64,000 bases of DNA from NCBI GenBank assembly GCA_964558375.1, contig CAZLCD010000001.1, positions 131,406-195,405 on the forward strand, in the 5' to 3' direction. Under the pieces are notes generated by a model. The model saw nothing but the letters and a program-made list of their open reading frames with translations. It had not been told where the DNA came from and made no database searches. The position numbers and the translations under genes are program-made. Position 1 is the stretch's first letter; every line of letters begins with the position of its first letter. Below, one piece after another: positions 9,674 to 18,785 of the stretch. The stretch is from an uncultured Candidatus Saccharibacteria bacterium (lineage in GTDB: Bacteria > Patescibacteriota > Minisyncoccia > Phycocordibacterales > PALSA-1337).

Positions 9674-10303
9674 ATGATAAGAAAGAATATGAGAAAAAAT
9701 AATTTTAAAAAAGGTTTTACTTTAACAGAGATTGTTGTTGTACTCGGTATTCTTGGTTTAATTATGTTATCTGTGAGTTCTTTTCAAAGGGATGTGCTTG
9801 TTAATAATAAATTTTCTTCAGATTCTCTGACAACAATAGAAAACGCTAGGCCGATAATGAGAACAATTATAAGAAGTCTGCGCTCTGCTGGACCAAGTGA
9901 CAATGGCTCTTATGCTATAGCTCAAGCAGCTACAAATACGATCACCTTTTTTAGCGACGCAGATCTTGATGGTTTGAAAGAGCAGATAAGGTATTTCGTG
10001 CAGGGTACGGATCTAAAAATGGGATATGTGAAGCCTACCGGTTCTCCTTTGACTTACAATCAAGCCAATGAAGTGATCACTATCTTGGCCAATAGTGTGA
10101 AGAATGCTACAAGCACGGGGCTTTTTGAATATTATGATAAAAACTATACGGGTACGACCTCACCCATGACTTTACCTATCAATGTAACCTCTGTGCGTCT
10201 TATCAAGGTAAATCTAATGATAGATATAGACCCTAGCCGTTCGCCAGTACCTCGAATATATACTTCGCAAGTTAATATAAGAAATTTAAAGGATAATTTA
10301 TGA
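9674..10303 (+). CDS. Minor pilin (PilW-like)
   Basis: KKG|FTLTEIVV prepilin motif; start at 9674 or 9689. Confidence 0.85.
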   Translation: MIRKNMRKNNFKKGFTLTEIVVVLGILGLIMLSVSSFQRDVLVNNKFSSDSLTTIENARPIMRTIIRSLRSAGPSDNGSYAIAQAATNTITFFSDADLDGLKEQIRYFVQGTDLKMGYVKPTGSPLTYNQANEVITILANSVKNATSTGLFEYYDKNYTGTTSPMTLPINVTSVRLIKVNLMIDIDPSRSPVPRIYTSQVNIRNLKDNL

Positions 10304-11772
10304 AAAAAGAAAATTTAAAAAATAAAAGTGCTTTTGAGAGAGGAATGATTTTGGTCAATGTTATGGTCTTTGGATTTATTGCAATCATTGTGACTACGGC
10401 TTTGGTCAATTGGGGAGGGACTATGCTTAAGAATACAAAGAATCTTTCGCTAAATGAACAGGCCTTTCAGATCGCTGAAGCAGGGATTGACTATTATCGT
10501 TGGCATTTGGCGCATGCACCGACGGATTATAAAGATGGCACAGGCTCTGCTGGCAACGGCCCATTTGTCCATGATTTTAAAGATAAGGATGGGAATGTTA
10601 TAGGGCAATTTGCTTTAACCATCACACCACCCTTAGTCGGCTCAACCTTGGTTAGAATCAAATCCACAGGAACAGTTATTGAAAGTCCATCAATCTCTCG
10701 TTCTATCGAAGTTAGCTTAGCTATTCCATCTTTTGCAAAATACGCTGCTGTGTCGAATAGTGTTATACGTTTTGGATCAGGAACAGAGGTGTTTGGACCA
10801 ATTCATTCAAATGATGGAGTGAGGTTCGATGGACTTGCGCACAATATAATAAGTAGTGCTAAAGATAAATACATTGATCCAGATCAGGGTTCTCATACCC
10901 CTGCATGGTATCAGTTCGGTGTCTATACAGTAGTTAATCCTTCAGAGTTAAATACAGATAGCACTCCACCGACTACAATTCCAAATCGTCCAGATGTATT
11001 CATGGTTGGAAGACAATTTCCTGTACCTGCGGTGGACTTTGTTGGTATTACAACCGAACTTTCTGCTATGAAAACTCAAGCGCAAGCTAATAACAGATAC
11101 TATGCCGCTTCAGGTGCTCAGGGTTATAGGATTGTACTCAAAACAACCGACAGATTTGATCTTTATAGAGTTACATCATTACATGCTGCTCCAAACAACT
11201 GTAATAATTCACAAAATCAAACAGGTTGGGGTACATGGAGTATTAATAATCAGACTTTAATAAGTAGTAATGTAACTTTTCCTGCCAATGGAATAATTTT
11301 TGTTGAAGATAATTTGTGGGTTGAGGGACAGATAAATACCGCAAGACTTACTATTGCTGCAGGCAGATTCCCAGATAGTCCAAGTACTCGCAAAGATATT
11401 ACTATAAATAATAATTTGTCATATACCAACTATGATGGTCAAGATGCAATTGCTCTAGTTGCTCAGGGGAATATTACTACAGGCTTGCATAGTGCTAGTA
11501 ACTTGCGTGTAGATGCCGCACTTATTGCTCAGAACGGTAGAGTTGGGAGATTTTATTATTCAAGTAATTGCGGTGCCAACTATGTACGTTCGGCCATAAC
11601 TTTGTTTGGTATGATCGGCACCAATCTTCGTTATGGTTATGCTTATACTGATAATACTGGATATTTAATACGAAATATTATTTATGATAGTAATCTTCTA
11701 TACTCTCCACCACCGAGCTTTCCTTTGACTTCTGATCAATATGTAACCCTATCTTGGGAAGAGGTTCAGTAA
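10300..11772 (+). CDS. PilX-like minor pilin
   Basis: RG|MILVNVM (no Glu5), AFQIAEAGI motif, terminal W-E-E. Confidence 0.8.
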   Translation: MKKENLKNKSAFERGMILVNVMVFGFIAIIVTTALVNWGGTMLKNTKNLSLNEQAFQIAEAGIDYYRWHLAHAPTDYKDGTGSAGNGPFVHDFKDKDGNVIGQFALTITPPLVGSTLVRIKSTGTVIESPSISRSIEVSLAIPSFAKYAAVSNSVIRFGSGTEVFGPIHSNDGVRFDGLAHNIISSAKDKYIDPDQGSHTPAWYQFGVYTVVNPSELNTDSTPPTTIPNRPDVFMVGRQFPVPAVDFVGITTELSAMKTQAQANNRYYAASGAQGYRIVLKTTDRFDLYRVTSLHAAPNNCNNSQNQTGWGTWSINNQTLISSNVTFPANGIIFVEDNLWVEGQINTARLTIAAGRFPDSPSTRKDITINNNLSYTNYDGQDAIALVAQGNITTGLHSASNLRVDAALIAQNGRVGRFYYSSNCGANYVRSAITLFGMIGTNLRYGYAYTDNTGYLIRNIIYDSNLLYSPPPSFPLTSDQYVTLSWEEVQ

Positions 11773-11789
11773 GTGATATACTAGTATTT

Positions 11790-12545
11790 ATGAAAAAAAT
11801 AATAGTCGGCAATTGGAAAATGAATCCCACAACACTCGCAGAGGCTCGAAGAATTTTCCAATCCACCAAGAACGTGGCTAAGAAATTGAAAAAAGTTGAA
11901 GTAGTAGCTTGTCCTCCTTATGTCTATATGGGCACCTTGCTCAATACTCGTAGTGAAAGGGTAGTGGCAGTAGGAGCGCAAGACGCCTTCTTCGAAGAAC
12001 AAGGATCTTTCACAGGCTCCGTCAGTCCTCTCATGCTAAAAGACCTCGGTGTTACTCATTGTATCATCGGACACTCAGAAAGAAGACAGCAAGGGGAAAC
12101 CGACGAGATTGTCTCCAAGAAAGTTCTTCGGGCCCTAGAATCTGGTCTTACTGTAATCCTTTGTGTTGGGGAAAAGGAAAGAAATGATCAGGGTACCCAC
12201 TTGGATACTCTAAAATTACAAATAAAAAATTCCTTAAATAAGGTTCCCAAAAAACTCATAGAAAAACTTATCATAGCTTATGAGCCTGTATGGGCTATTG
12301 GTGCAAAGGAAGCCATGAACCCGGCCATGGTCCATGAGATGACTATATTCGTAAAGAAAGTTCTTTCAGATATTTATGGACATGATGAAGCAGTTTCCGC
12401 TCTGGTTTTGTACGGAGGTTCAGTGAATTTTAGAAATGCCAAAGATATTATAGTAGAAGGTGAAGTAGATGGATTGCTTGTGGGAAGAGAAAGTGTTAAC
12501 CCAGCGGGGTTCAGCGAATTGCTAAGAACGATCGAGGCTATATAA
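11790..12545 (+). CDS. tpiA: Triosephosphate isomerase
   Basis: GNWKMN, GHSERR, AYEPVWAIG, YGGSV. Confidence 0.97.
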   Translation: MKKIIVGNWKMNPTTLAEARRIFQSTKNVAKKLKKVEVVACPPYVYMGTLLNTRSERVVAVGAQDAFFEEQGSFTGSVSPLMLKDLGVTHCIIGHSERRQQGETDEIVSKKVLRALESGLTVILCVGEKERNDQGTHLDTLKLQIKNSLNKVPKKLIEKLIIAYEPVWAIGAKEAMNPAMVHEMTIFVKKVLSDIYGHDEAVSALVLYGGSVNFRNAKDIIVEGEVDGLLVGRESVNPAGFSELLRTIEAI

Positions 12546-12559
12546 GATAATTTCTCAAT

Positions 12560-13600
12560 ATGAAAAGCATAAAAGAAATAGAAAATTTGCAGGGAGTAAG
12601 GGTCTTGGTTCGTCTCGATTTAAACGTGCCTATTGCAAATGGGATTATTACCGATGATTTTCGTATACGAAAGGCATTGCCAACCATAGAATTTCTGAGA
12701 AGGGGTGGCGCGCAAATTATTTTGATAAGTCATATAGAGACTAAGGAAAATCCGACACTTGAGCCAGTTGCCGACTATTTAAATAAAATCGGCATCATCT
12801 GTCGTTTCGAAAAAGATTATAAAAAAGTTTTAAATTCAAAAGAGCCGATCATCTTGCTCGAAAATCTTCGAAAGTATGAAGGTGAAAAAAATAATGATAA
12901 AAAGTTTGCAAAAGAACTAGCTTCTCTGGCTGATATTTATGTAAATGAAGCCTTCTCGGTTTCGCATCGTAAACATGCGTCTGTCTCTGCCATAACGGAG
13001 TTTATACCAAGCTATGTCGGATTTCAATTTGAAGAAGAGATTAAAAATCTTAGCTCAGCTTTCAATCCAGAACACCCCTTTCTCTTTATTCTTGGTGGCG
13101 CAAAGTTTGATACCAAGCTGCCTTTAGTTGAGAAATTTATTTCTATTGCTGACAAAGTTTTTATCGGCGGCGCTTTGGCTAATGATTTCTTTAAAGAGCA
13201 GGGGAAGGATATCGGGACATCTTTGATTTCCGAAGTTAAGGTGGATTTGAAAAATATCCTAGGTAACGAAAAATTACTTTTACCAGTGGATAGCGTTTTA
13301 AAAGATACAGCTATTATGGATGCAGGAGATAAGACTATAGAAATGCTGGCGGGAGAGATCGCGAAGGCAAAATATATTCTCTGGAATGGACCTCTCGGCG
13401 CTTACGAGACTGGTTTTAAAGATGCAACTATCAAGCTCGCAAAACTTCTAGCGGAAGCCACAGCCAATGGTGCTAAGACTATCGTGGGCGGAGGGGATAC
13501 TCTAGCGGCTATAAGCGAACTCAAACTAGAAGATTCCTTTACTTTTGTTTCTACGGGCGGTGGAGCAATGCTTGACTATCTTGCCAAAGGGGAATTGTAA
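12560..13600 (+). CDS. pgk: Phosphoglycerate kinase
   Basis: RLDLNVP, LENLR, GGAK, WNGP, GGGDT, STGGGA. Confidence 0.96.
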   Translation: MKSIKEIENLQGVRVLVRLDLNVPIANGIITDDFRIRKALPTIEFLRRGGAQIILISHIETKENPTLEPVADYLNKIGIICRFEKDYKKVLNSKEPIILLENLRKYEGEKNNDKKFAKELASLADIYVNEAFSVSHRKHASVSAITEFIPSYVGFQFEEEIKNLSSAFNPEHPFLFILGGAKFDTKLPLVEKFISIADKVFIGGALANDFFKEQGKDIGTSLISEVKVDLKNILGNEKLLLPVDSVLKDTAIMDAGDKTIEMLAGEIAKAKYILWNGPLGAYETGFKDATIKLAKLLAEATANGAKTIVGGGDTLAAISELKLEDSFTFVSTGGGAMLDYLAKGEL

Positions 13601-13652
13601 AAAGAATTATGGGTGGATAGTCTATTTTAATTTTATATACTATAATTACGTT

Positions 13653-14843
13653 ATGAAATTAACAATGAAATCAATAAAACTTTTTGGTATTTTAATAGTT
13701 GTTTGTTTATTAGCTTTTGGAACATTAGGTGGTATTGCTTCAGCTGAGACTTCTTGCAACTTTACCAGAACACTTTCTATAGATGATGAAGGTGAGGATG
13801 TAAGATGTTTGCAAAAGTATTTAAATAATTTAGGTTTCAAAATTTCCAATGAAGGACCTGGCTCTACAGGTAAAGAAACTTCGACATTCAAGAACCTGAC
13901 CAAGACCGCTTTAGCAAAATGGCAAACCGCCAATGGCATATCTCCTGCAACTGGGAACTTTGGACCAGCATCACGCCAAGCTTATGACAGACTGATGGCT
14001 CTTGCAGAAGCTGCAAGAACTCAAGCCCCGCAGACTACATCTATAGTTAATCCTGATCCTGTAGTGGTGGTGGCTCCTGTAGTAAAGTCTGTTGCAATGG
14101 AAAATGCAAAGACTGCAATACTCAAAGCTATGGAAGCTATCGAAAATGCAGAAGATGAGATCGATGGTTCTTCTGAAAGTGCAAATAAAATCGAAGATGC
14201 AAAGGAAGGCTTGGAGGATGCTAGGGTAGATTTTCTAAAAACTATCAAAGCGTATCTATCTGAACAATATGAACGTGCAAGCACAATAGCCAAAACTGTT
14301 TTTGAAGAAGCCGAAGAAGCTTACAAAGATGCTGGTGGGGAAACCGATGAAGACGAGATTGACGATCTTATAAATACCGTGGAGGATGAAATCGATGCAG
14401 TGAAGGTCAAGATCAAGACCGCTGATAAGGCTGGAAAAGATGTAGATGAATCCGAAAACCTTATCGATGAAGCTGAGAACCTTATAGACAAAGCAGATAC
14501 AAAGCTCGATGAAGGTGATACAGAAGAAGCTGAAGACCTTGCAAAAGACGCTAGAAATAAAGCTGAGGATGCAGAAGATGCAATAGGTGAAAAGAGCAAT
14601 GACTTGGAAAATGCCGAGGATGCAATAGCTGATGCAAAAGATGCTATAAAAAAAGCTAAAGCTGAAATACGCGAAGCACAGGATGATGACAAAAATACAA
14701 ATGATGCTGAAGACTTACTAGATGACGCAGAGAATTTGTACGATAAAGCTCGAGAAGAGTTTGATGATGAGGATTATGACAATGCAAAAGATCTAGCAGA
14801 AGATGCAGAGAAAAAAGCAGAGGATGCTATAGATGAGTTGTAA
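13653..14843 (+). CDS. Secreted protein with peptidoglycan-binding domain and acidic helical repeats
   Basis: Signal peptide; GEDVRCLQKYLN...TKTALAKWQ..NGI..TGNFGP.SR (PG_binding_1-like); Asp/Glu/Ala/Lys repeats. Confidence 0.8.
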   Translation: MKLTMKSIKLFGILIVVCLLAFGTLGGIASAETSCNFTRTLSIDDEGEDVRCLQKYLNNLGFKISNEGPGSTGKETSTFKNLTKTALAKWQTANGISPATGNFGPASRQAYDRLMALAEAARTQAPQTTSIVNPDPVVVVAPVVKSVAMENAKTAILKAMEAIENAEDEIDGSSESANKIEDAKEGLEDARVDFLKTIKAYLSEQYERASTIAKTVFEEAEEAYKDAGGETDEDEIDDLINTVEDEIDAVKVKIKTADKAGKDVDESENLIDEAENLIDKADTKLDEGDTEEAEDLAKDARNKAEDAEDAIGEKSNDLENAEDAIADAKDAIKKAKAEIREAQDDDKNTNDAEDLLDDAENLYDKAREEFDDEDYDNAKDLAEDAEKKAEDAIDEL

Positions 14844-14848
14844 TCTGC

Positions 14849-15211
14849 ATGGAAAATTGTATATTTTGTAAAATAGTAAAAAAGGAAATACCGGCTCATA
14901 TAGTCTATGAAGATGAAAAGTTTTTGGCGTTCTTGGATATTCATCCAGTATCGTTGGGTCACACCCTCATAATTCCAAAAACTCACTATAGATGGGTATG
15001 GGATGTTCCAGAACTAGGATCTTATTTTGAATTTGTTGGAAAAATTGCAAAGGCACAACAAAAGGCATTTGGTCATGAAGCAATCTGGAGCGGAATACGT
15101 GGAGACGAAGTGCCACATGCGCACATTTCAGTAATGCCTCACTCTGAAACGATCGGCGACAAGAAAAACTTTGAAGAAAATAGGCTAAAGATAGCTGATA
15201 ATATACGATAG
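14849..15211 (+). CDS. HIT family nucleotide hydrolase
   Basis: CIFCKI, AFLDIHP..GHTLIIPK.H; triad reads HAHIS. Confidence 0.9.
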   Translation: MENCIFCKIVKKEIPAHIVYEDEKFLAFLDIHPVSLGHTLIIPKTHYRWVWDVPELGSYFEFVGKIAKAQQKAFGHEAIWSGIRGDEVPHAHISVMPHSETIGDKKNFEENRLKIADNIR

Positions 15212-15221
15212 TTTTTATCAT

Positions 15222-15258
15222 AAAAAATCCCCAACCGAAGGCCGGCCGGGGGTGGGGT
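15222..15258 (-). terminator. Intrinsic terminator of orphan gene 15271..15912
   Basis: GC-rich hairpin containing cTTCGg on the minus strand, followed by a T-run. Confidence 0.55.
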
Positions 15259-15270
15259 AGAAGGGGGTGA

Positions 15271-15912
15271 TCAGTAGGTTGGCACCTTACCTTCTCCAAA
15301 TTTTTCAACCAAGAAATTAATTGTGCTTTCTGGATTTGATAAAGCTATAAGAGCGTCATCAATAAACTTGCTTCTGTAGAATCTGCATGGTTCAAATGTT
15401 GTTCCATACATCGTGTAGTATGTTGCACTGAAAACTTGTAATTTCGCCTCAAACATCCCTCTTCTATTTTTCCAAGAAGTTCTAGATAGTGTAATTGCAA
15501 GCACGATCACTCTTGTGTTGTACGTAAGAGCATGCTTCTTGCCACTCTCTGTCTGGATTACAAACACAGATTCTTCTGTGTCAGGAGGGATAAGAATGCT
15601 GGGTCCAATATACGAACGTTGACGTCTAAGTTTAGCGGATATTGGTGCTCGTCTAGTCATTTCGTGTATTTCAAACAGTCTAGCTAGATAATCACGAAAC
15701 CCACTATTTTCTTTTCCAGAACGAAGCATTGAGGGGAGATTACGTCTAGCTCCTTTCAGGATGTCTGCGATCTTCTTTTCCCTAATAATCGATCTACGTC
15801 TTTTGATTTTAGTTATCCCTCTATCATTAGGGTGACTAGTCTTAGCTCCAGCTTCTCTGTGTTTTGCGATCTGGTCGTTTAGTAAATAGTCGATACTGTG
15901 TGTAATTTTCAT
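15271..15912 (-). CDS. Orphan basic (Arg-rich) hypothetical protein
   Basis: 213-aa ORF from ATG 15912 with AAGGA upstream, its own TTGACT-16-TATAAA promoter (15997-15970) and terminator. Confidence 0.65.
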   Translation of the reverse strand: MKITHSIDYLLNDQIAKHREAGAKTSHPNDRGITKIKRRRSIIREKKIADILKGARRNLPSMLRSGKENSGFRDYLARLFEIHEMTRRAPISAKLRRQRSYIGPSILIPPDTEESVFVIQTESGKKHALTYNTRVIVLAITLSRTSWKNRRGMFEAKLQVFSATYYTMYGTTFEPCRFYRSKFIDDALIALSNPESTINFLVEKFGEGKVPTY

Positions 15913-16035
15913 AATCCTTAATCCTGCACCGCGGTTAAATTGGCAATGAGCCAATACATTCTGGCTCTATTTATACTCTTTTAAATAATCTAGTCAATCC
16001 TCATAAAAATTCCATCATGTTATACTTCCATCCAC

Positions 16036-17730
16036 ATGAAAAACTATAAAATCCGAGAAAAAATTAATGGTGATTTCATTGATCATCTTCTTTTCTATCG
16101 CAATATAAAGACTCCAGAAGCAAAGCAAGCTTTCTTAAATCCAAATTATGACGAACATATCCTCGATCCATTTTTATTGAAAGATGCAGAAAAATCAGCC
16201 AAAAGAATAGTCGAAGCTATAGAAAAAAGTGAAAAAATAGTGATATATAGTGACTATGATGCCGACGGTATACCTGCCGGGGTTATCTTCCATGACTTCT
16301 TTAAAAGGATCGGTTTTAAAAATTTTATAAATTATATTCCACATAGGCATGATGAAGGCTTTGGTCTAAACACTGACGCTATAGATCAATTTGTGAAAGA
16401 TAAAGTGGATCTTCTGATTACTCTTGATTGTGGAATTTCTGATATTGAAGCTGTAAAATTGGCAAAAGAAAATAAAATAGACGTAATCATTACAGATCAT
16501 CATGAGCCTCATGAGATTTTGCCAGACGCCTTTGCTATCGTTGATCATAAGCAGAAAGATTGCAATTATCCTGAAAAGATCCTTTGCGGTTCTGGTGTTG
16601 GATTCAAATTGATTCAAGCTGTACTTAAGGTCAAAAGATTTGATATGAAAGAAGGTCAAGAAAAATGGCTACTTGATATGGTAGGTATCGCTACACTTTC
16701 GGATATGGTTCCTTTGACGGGGGAGAATAGGGCTCTGGCACACTTTGGTTTGCGGGTTTTAAAGATCAGTCCACGTAAAGGTTTGATGAGACTTCTAAAT
16801 CATTTAAAAATTCCTCAGAAACATTTAACCGAAGATGATATAGGCTTTATGATTACACCACGTATCAATGCGGCATCACGAATGGGAATACCTATGGATG
16901 CCTTCAAATTGCTTTCAACAGATGATGACAACGAAGCTCATACCTTTGTAGAGCATCTTGATAAAATAAATACAGAGAGAAAAAGTGTAGTAGCCGGCCT
17001 TGTAAAAGAAGTAAAGAAGATTATGAAAGAAAGAAATAAAGATAATACTCGCAATGTCATAGTGATGGGTAATCCAGATTGGAAGCCATCTTTACTTGGG
17101 CTTGTAGCCAACAATCTTGCGGAAGAGTTCGGTAAGCCAGCTTTTCTTTGGGGGCGCGATGGAGATGGTGTTATCAAAGGCTCATGTCGTTCGGGGGATA
17201 CGGTCAGTGTTGTTGAGATTATGAACAAAAGTAAAGACGGAACCTTTATCCAGTATGGTGGACACTTTGCTTCTGGAGGCTTCGTGGTTTCAAATGAAGC
17301 TATACATCATCTCGACGATCATCTCAATGCTTCTTTTGATATTTTAAAAAAAGAAAATCTTATCAAAGAACCAGACTTTATAGATATGCAAATTTCTTTG
17401 GAGGAGGTCAATTGGAATACTTATAGTGATGTAGAGAAGCTGGCGCCTTTCGGTGTTGGCAATCATAAACCGCTTTTTATTTTTAAAAATATTAAAATTG
17501 CTGGTATCAAAGAATTTGGCAAAGAAAAGAATCATCTTGAATTAAGTTTTAAAAAAGAAAATGGACAACCAGTAAATGCTATCGGATTTTTCATGTTAGC
17601 CGATAATTTTAAAAATAAAGATGGAGAGACTATTAAAATAGGGGATAGTATCGATCTTATTGCTACTATGGAAAAGTCGATGTTTAGAGGAAGGGCAGAG
17701 CTAAGGATGAGGATTGTTGATATAATATAG
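16036..17730 (+). CDS. recJ: ssDNA exonuclease RecJ
   Basis: DYDADG, TLDCG, TDHH, PRINA, GSCRS, GGH, LAPFG.GN. Confidence 0.96.
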   Translation: MKNYKIREKINGDFIDHLLFYRNIKTPEAKQAFLNPNYDEHILDPFLLKDAEKSAKRIVEAIEKSEKIVIYSDYDADGIPAGVIFHDFFKRIGFKNFINYIPHRHDEGFGLNTDAIDQFVKDKVDLLITLDCGISDIEAVKLAKENKIDVIITDHHEPHEILPDAFAIVDHKQKDCNYPEKILCGSGVGFKLIQAVLKVKRFDMKEGQEKWLLDMVGIATLSDMVPLTGENRALAHFGLRVLKISPRKGLMRLLNHLKIPQKHLTEDDIGFMITPRINAASRMGIPMDAFKLLSTDDDNEAHTFVEHLDKINTERKSVVAGLVKEVKKIMKERNKDNTRNVIVMGNPDWKPSLLGLVANNLAEEFGKPAFLWGRDGDGVIKGSCRSGDTVSVVEIMNKSKDGTFIQYGGHFASGGFVVSNEAIHHLDDHLNASFDILKKENLIKEPDFIDMQISLEEVNWNTYSDVEKLAPFGVGNHKPLFIFKNIKIAGIKEFGKEKNHLELSFKKENGQPVNAIGFFMLADNFKNKDGETIKIGDSIDLIATMEKSMFRGRAELRMRIVDII

Positions 17731-17733
17731 TTT

Positions 17734-18225
17734 ATGAATAATACAAATACAATAACAATCTTTACCGACGGTTCATCTCGTGGAAATCCTGGACGTGGAG
17801 GATGGGGTGCTATTGTTGTGTCTGGAAACGAAGTCAGAGAATTGGGTGGAAAGGAAGATCATACTACAAATAACAGAATGGAGCTTGTGGGGGCAATAGA
17901 GTCCTTAAAAAATGCTGATTCAAATTTACCTATCACCTTATATTCTGATTCTCAATACGTAATAAAAGGCATGACGGAATGGATAGCAGGGTGGCAAAAG
18001 AAAAACTGGATAAATTCTCAGAAAAAGCCGGTGATGAATCGAGATCTCTGGGAGAGTCTTCTTGAAGTTTCTTTGAATAAAAAAATAGAATGGAAATATA
18101 TAAAAGGTCATGCAGAAAATCCAGGCAACAATAGATGTGATGAGATTGCTACTTCATTTGCAGACGGAGAACCGACAAAACTATACGAAGGCTCCCTTGA
18201 CTCCTATCCCCATAAAGTTGTCTAA
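17734..18225 (+). CDS. rnhA: Ribonuclease HI
   Basis: FTDGSSRGNPG.GGWG, TTNNRMEL, DSQY, KGH, N.RCD. Confidence 0.96.
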   Translation: MNNTNTITIFTDGSSRGNPGRGGWGAIVVSGNEVRELGGKEDHTTNNRMELVGAIESLKNADSNLPITLYSDSQYVIKGMTEWIAGWQKKNWINSQKKPVMNRDLWESLLEVSLNKKIEWKYIKGHAENPGNNRCDEIATSFADGEPTKLYEGSLDSYPHKVV

Positions 18226-18293
18226 AGCAAATCTTTATCAAATCTTTATTATTTCTTTATCTTTTCTTAATGTCGGTTTGGTATGGTTGAGGG

Positions 18294-18785
18294 ATGATAA
18301 AAAGATTCAAAGAGTGGATAGTGCTCAAAGAAAAATTACATACAGTTTCCTATAATAAAACTCCTTATTTTAAGGAGGGAGAAATTTGGTGGTGTAGTAT
18401 AGGCGATAATGTTGGTAGTGAAATAAATGGCAAAAGTGGGTATTTCTCCAGACCAATTCTAGTTTTTAAAAAGTTCAACAAAAATTTATTTTTTGGAATA
18501 CCCTTAACTTCAAAACCAAAGATGGGTACATGGTTCGTGGGAATATCTTTTTTGAATAAGACACAGACTATTGTTTTAAGTCAGGCAAGAACTTTAGATG
18601 CAGCCAGAATTAAGGATTTAATCGGACAATGTGACGAGAGTGATTTTGAAAAGATAAAAGCTGGTTTTAGCCAGCTCTATCTAAATATTTCTCCCAATAA
18701 AGGGAGGTCGTGGGAAATCCCCAAAAATCTTCTCTTATATCTTAACAAAATAATTATACATGTCAAATCAAAATTCAAAATTTAA
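18294..18785 (+). CDS. PemK/MazF-family endoribonuclease-like toxin, no adjacent antitoxin ORF
   Basis: GEIWWCSIG.NVGSE..GK....RPILV.K....IPLTS...LSQ.R.LD..R pattern. Confidence 0.8.
   Translation: MIKRFKEWIVLKEKLHTVSYNKTPYFKEGEIWWCSIGDNVGSEINGKSGYFSRPILVFKKFNKNLFFGIPLTSKPKMGTWFVGISFLNKTQTIVLSQARTLDAARIKDLIGQCDESDFEKIKAGFSQLYLNISPNKGRSWEIPKNLLLYLNKIIIHVKSKFKI
18648..18732 (-). ncRNA. Predicted ~80-nt antisense RNA nested in the toxin 3' end
   Basis: Minus-strand TTGACA(18766-61)-16-TGtTAAGAT(18744-39); hairpins tggg/ccca and ctccc/gggag; terminal agctgg/ccagct stem followed by TTTATCTTTTC. Confidence 0.55.
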
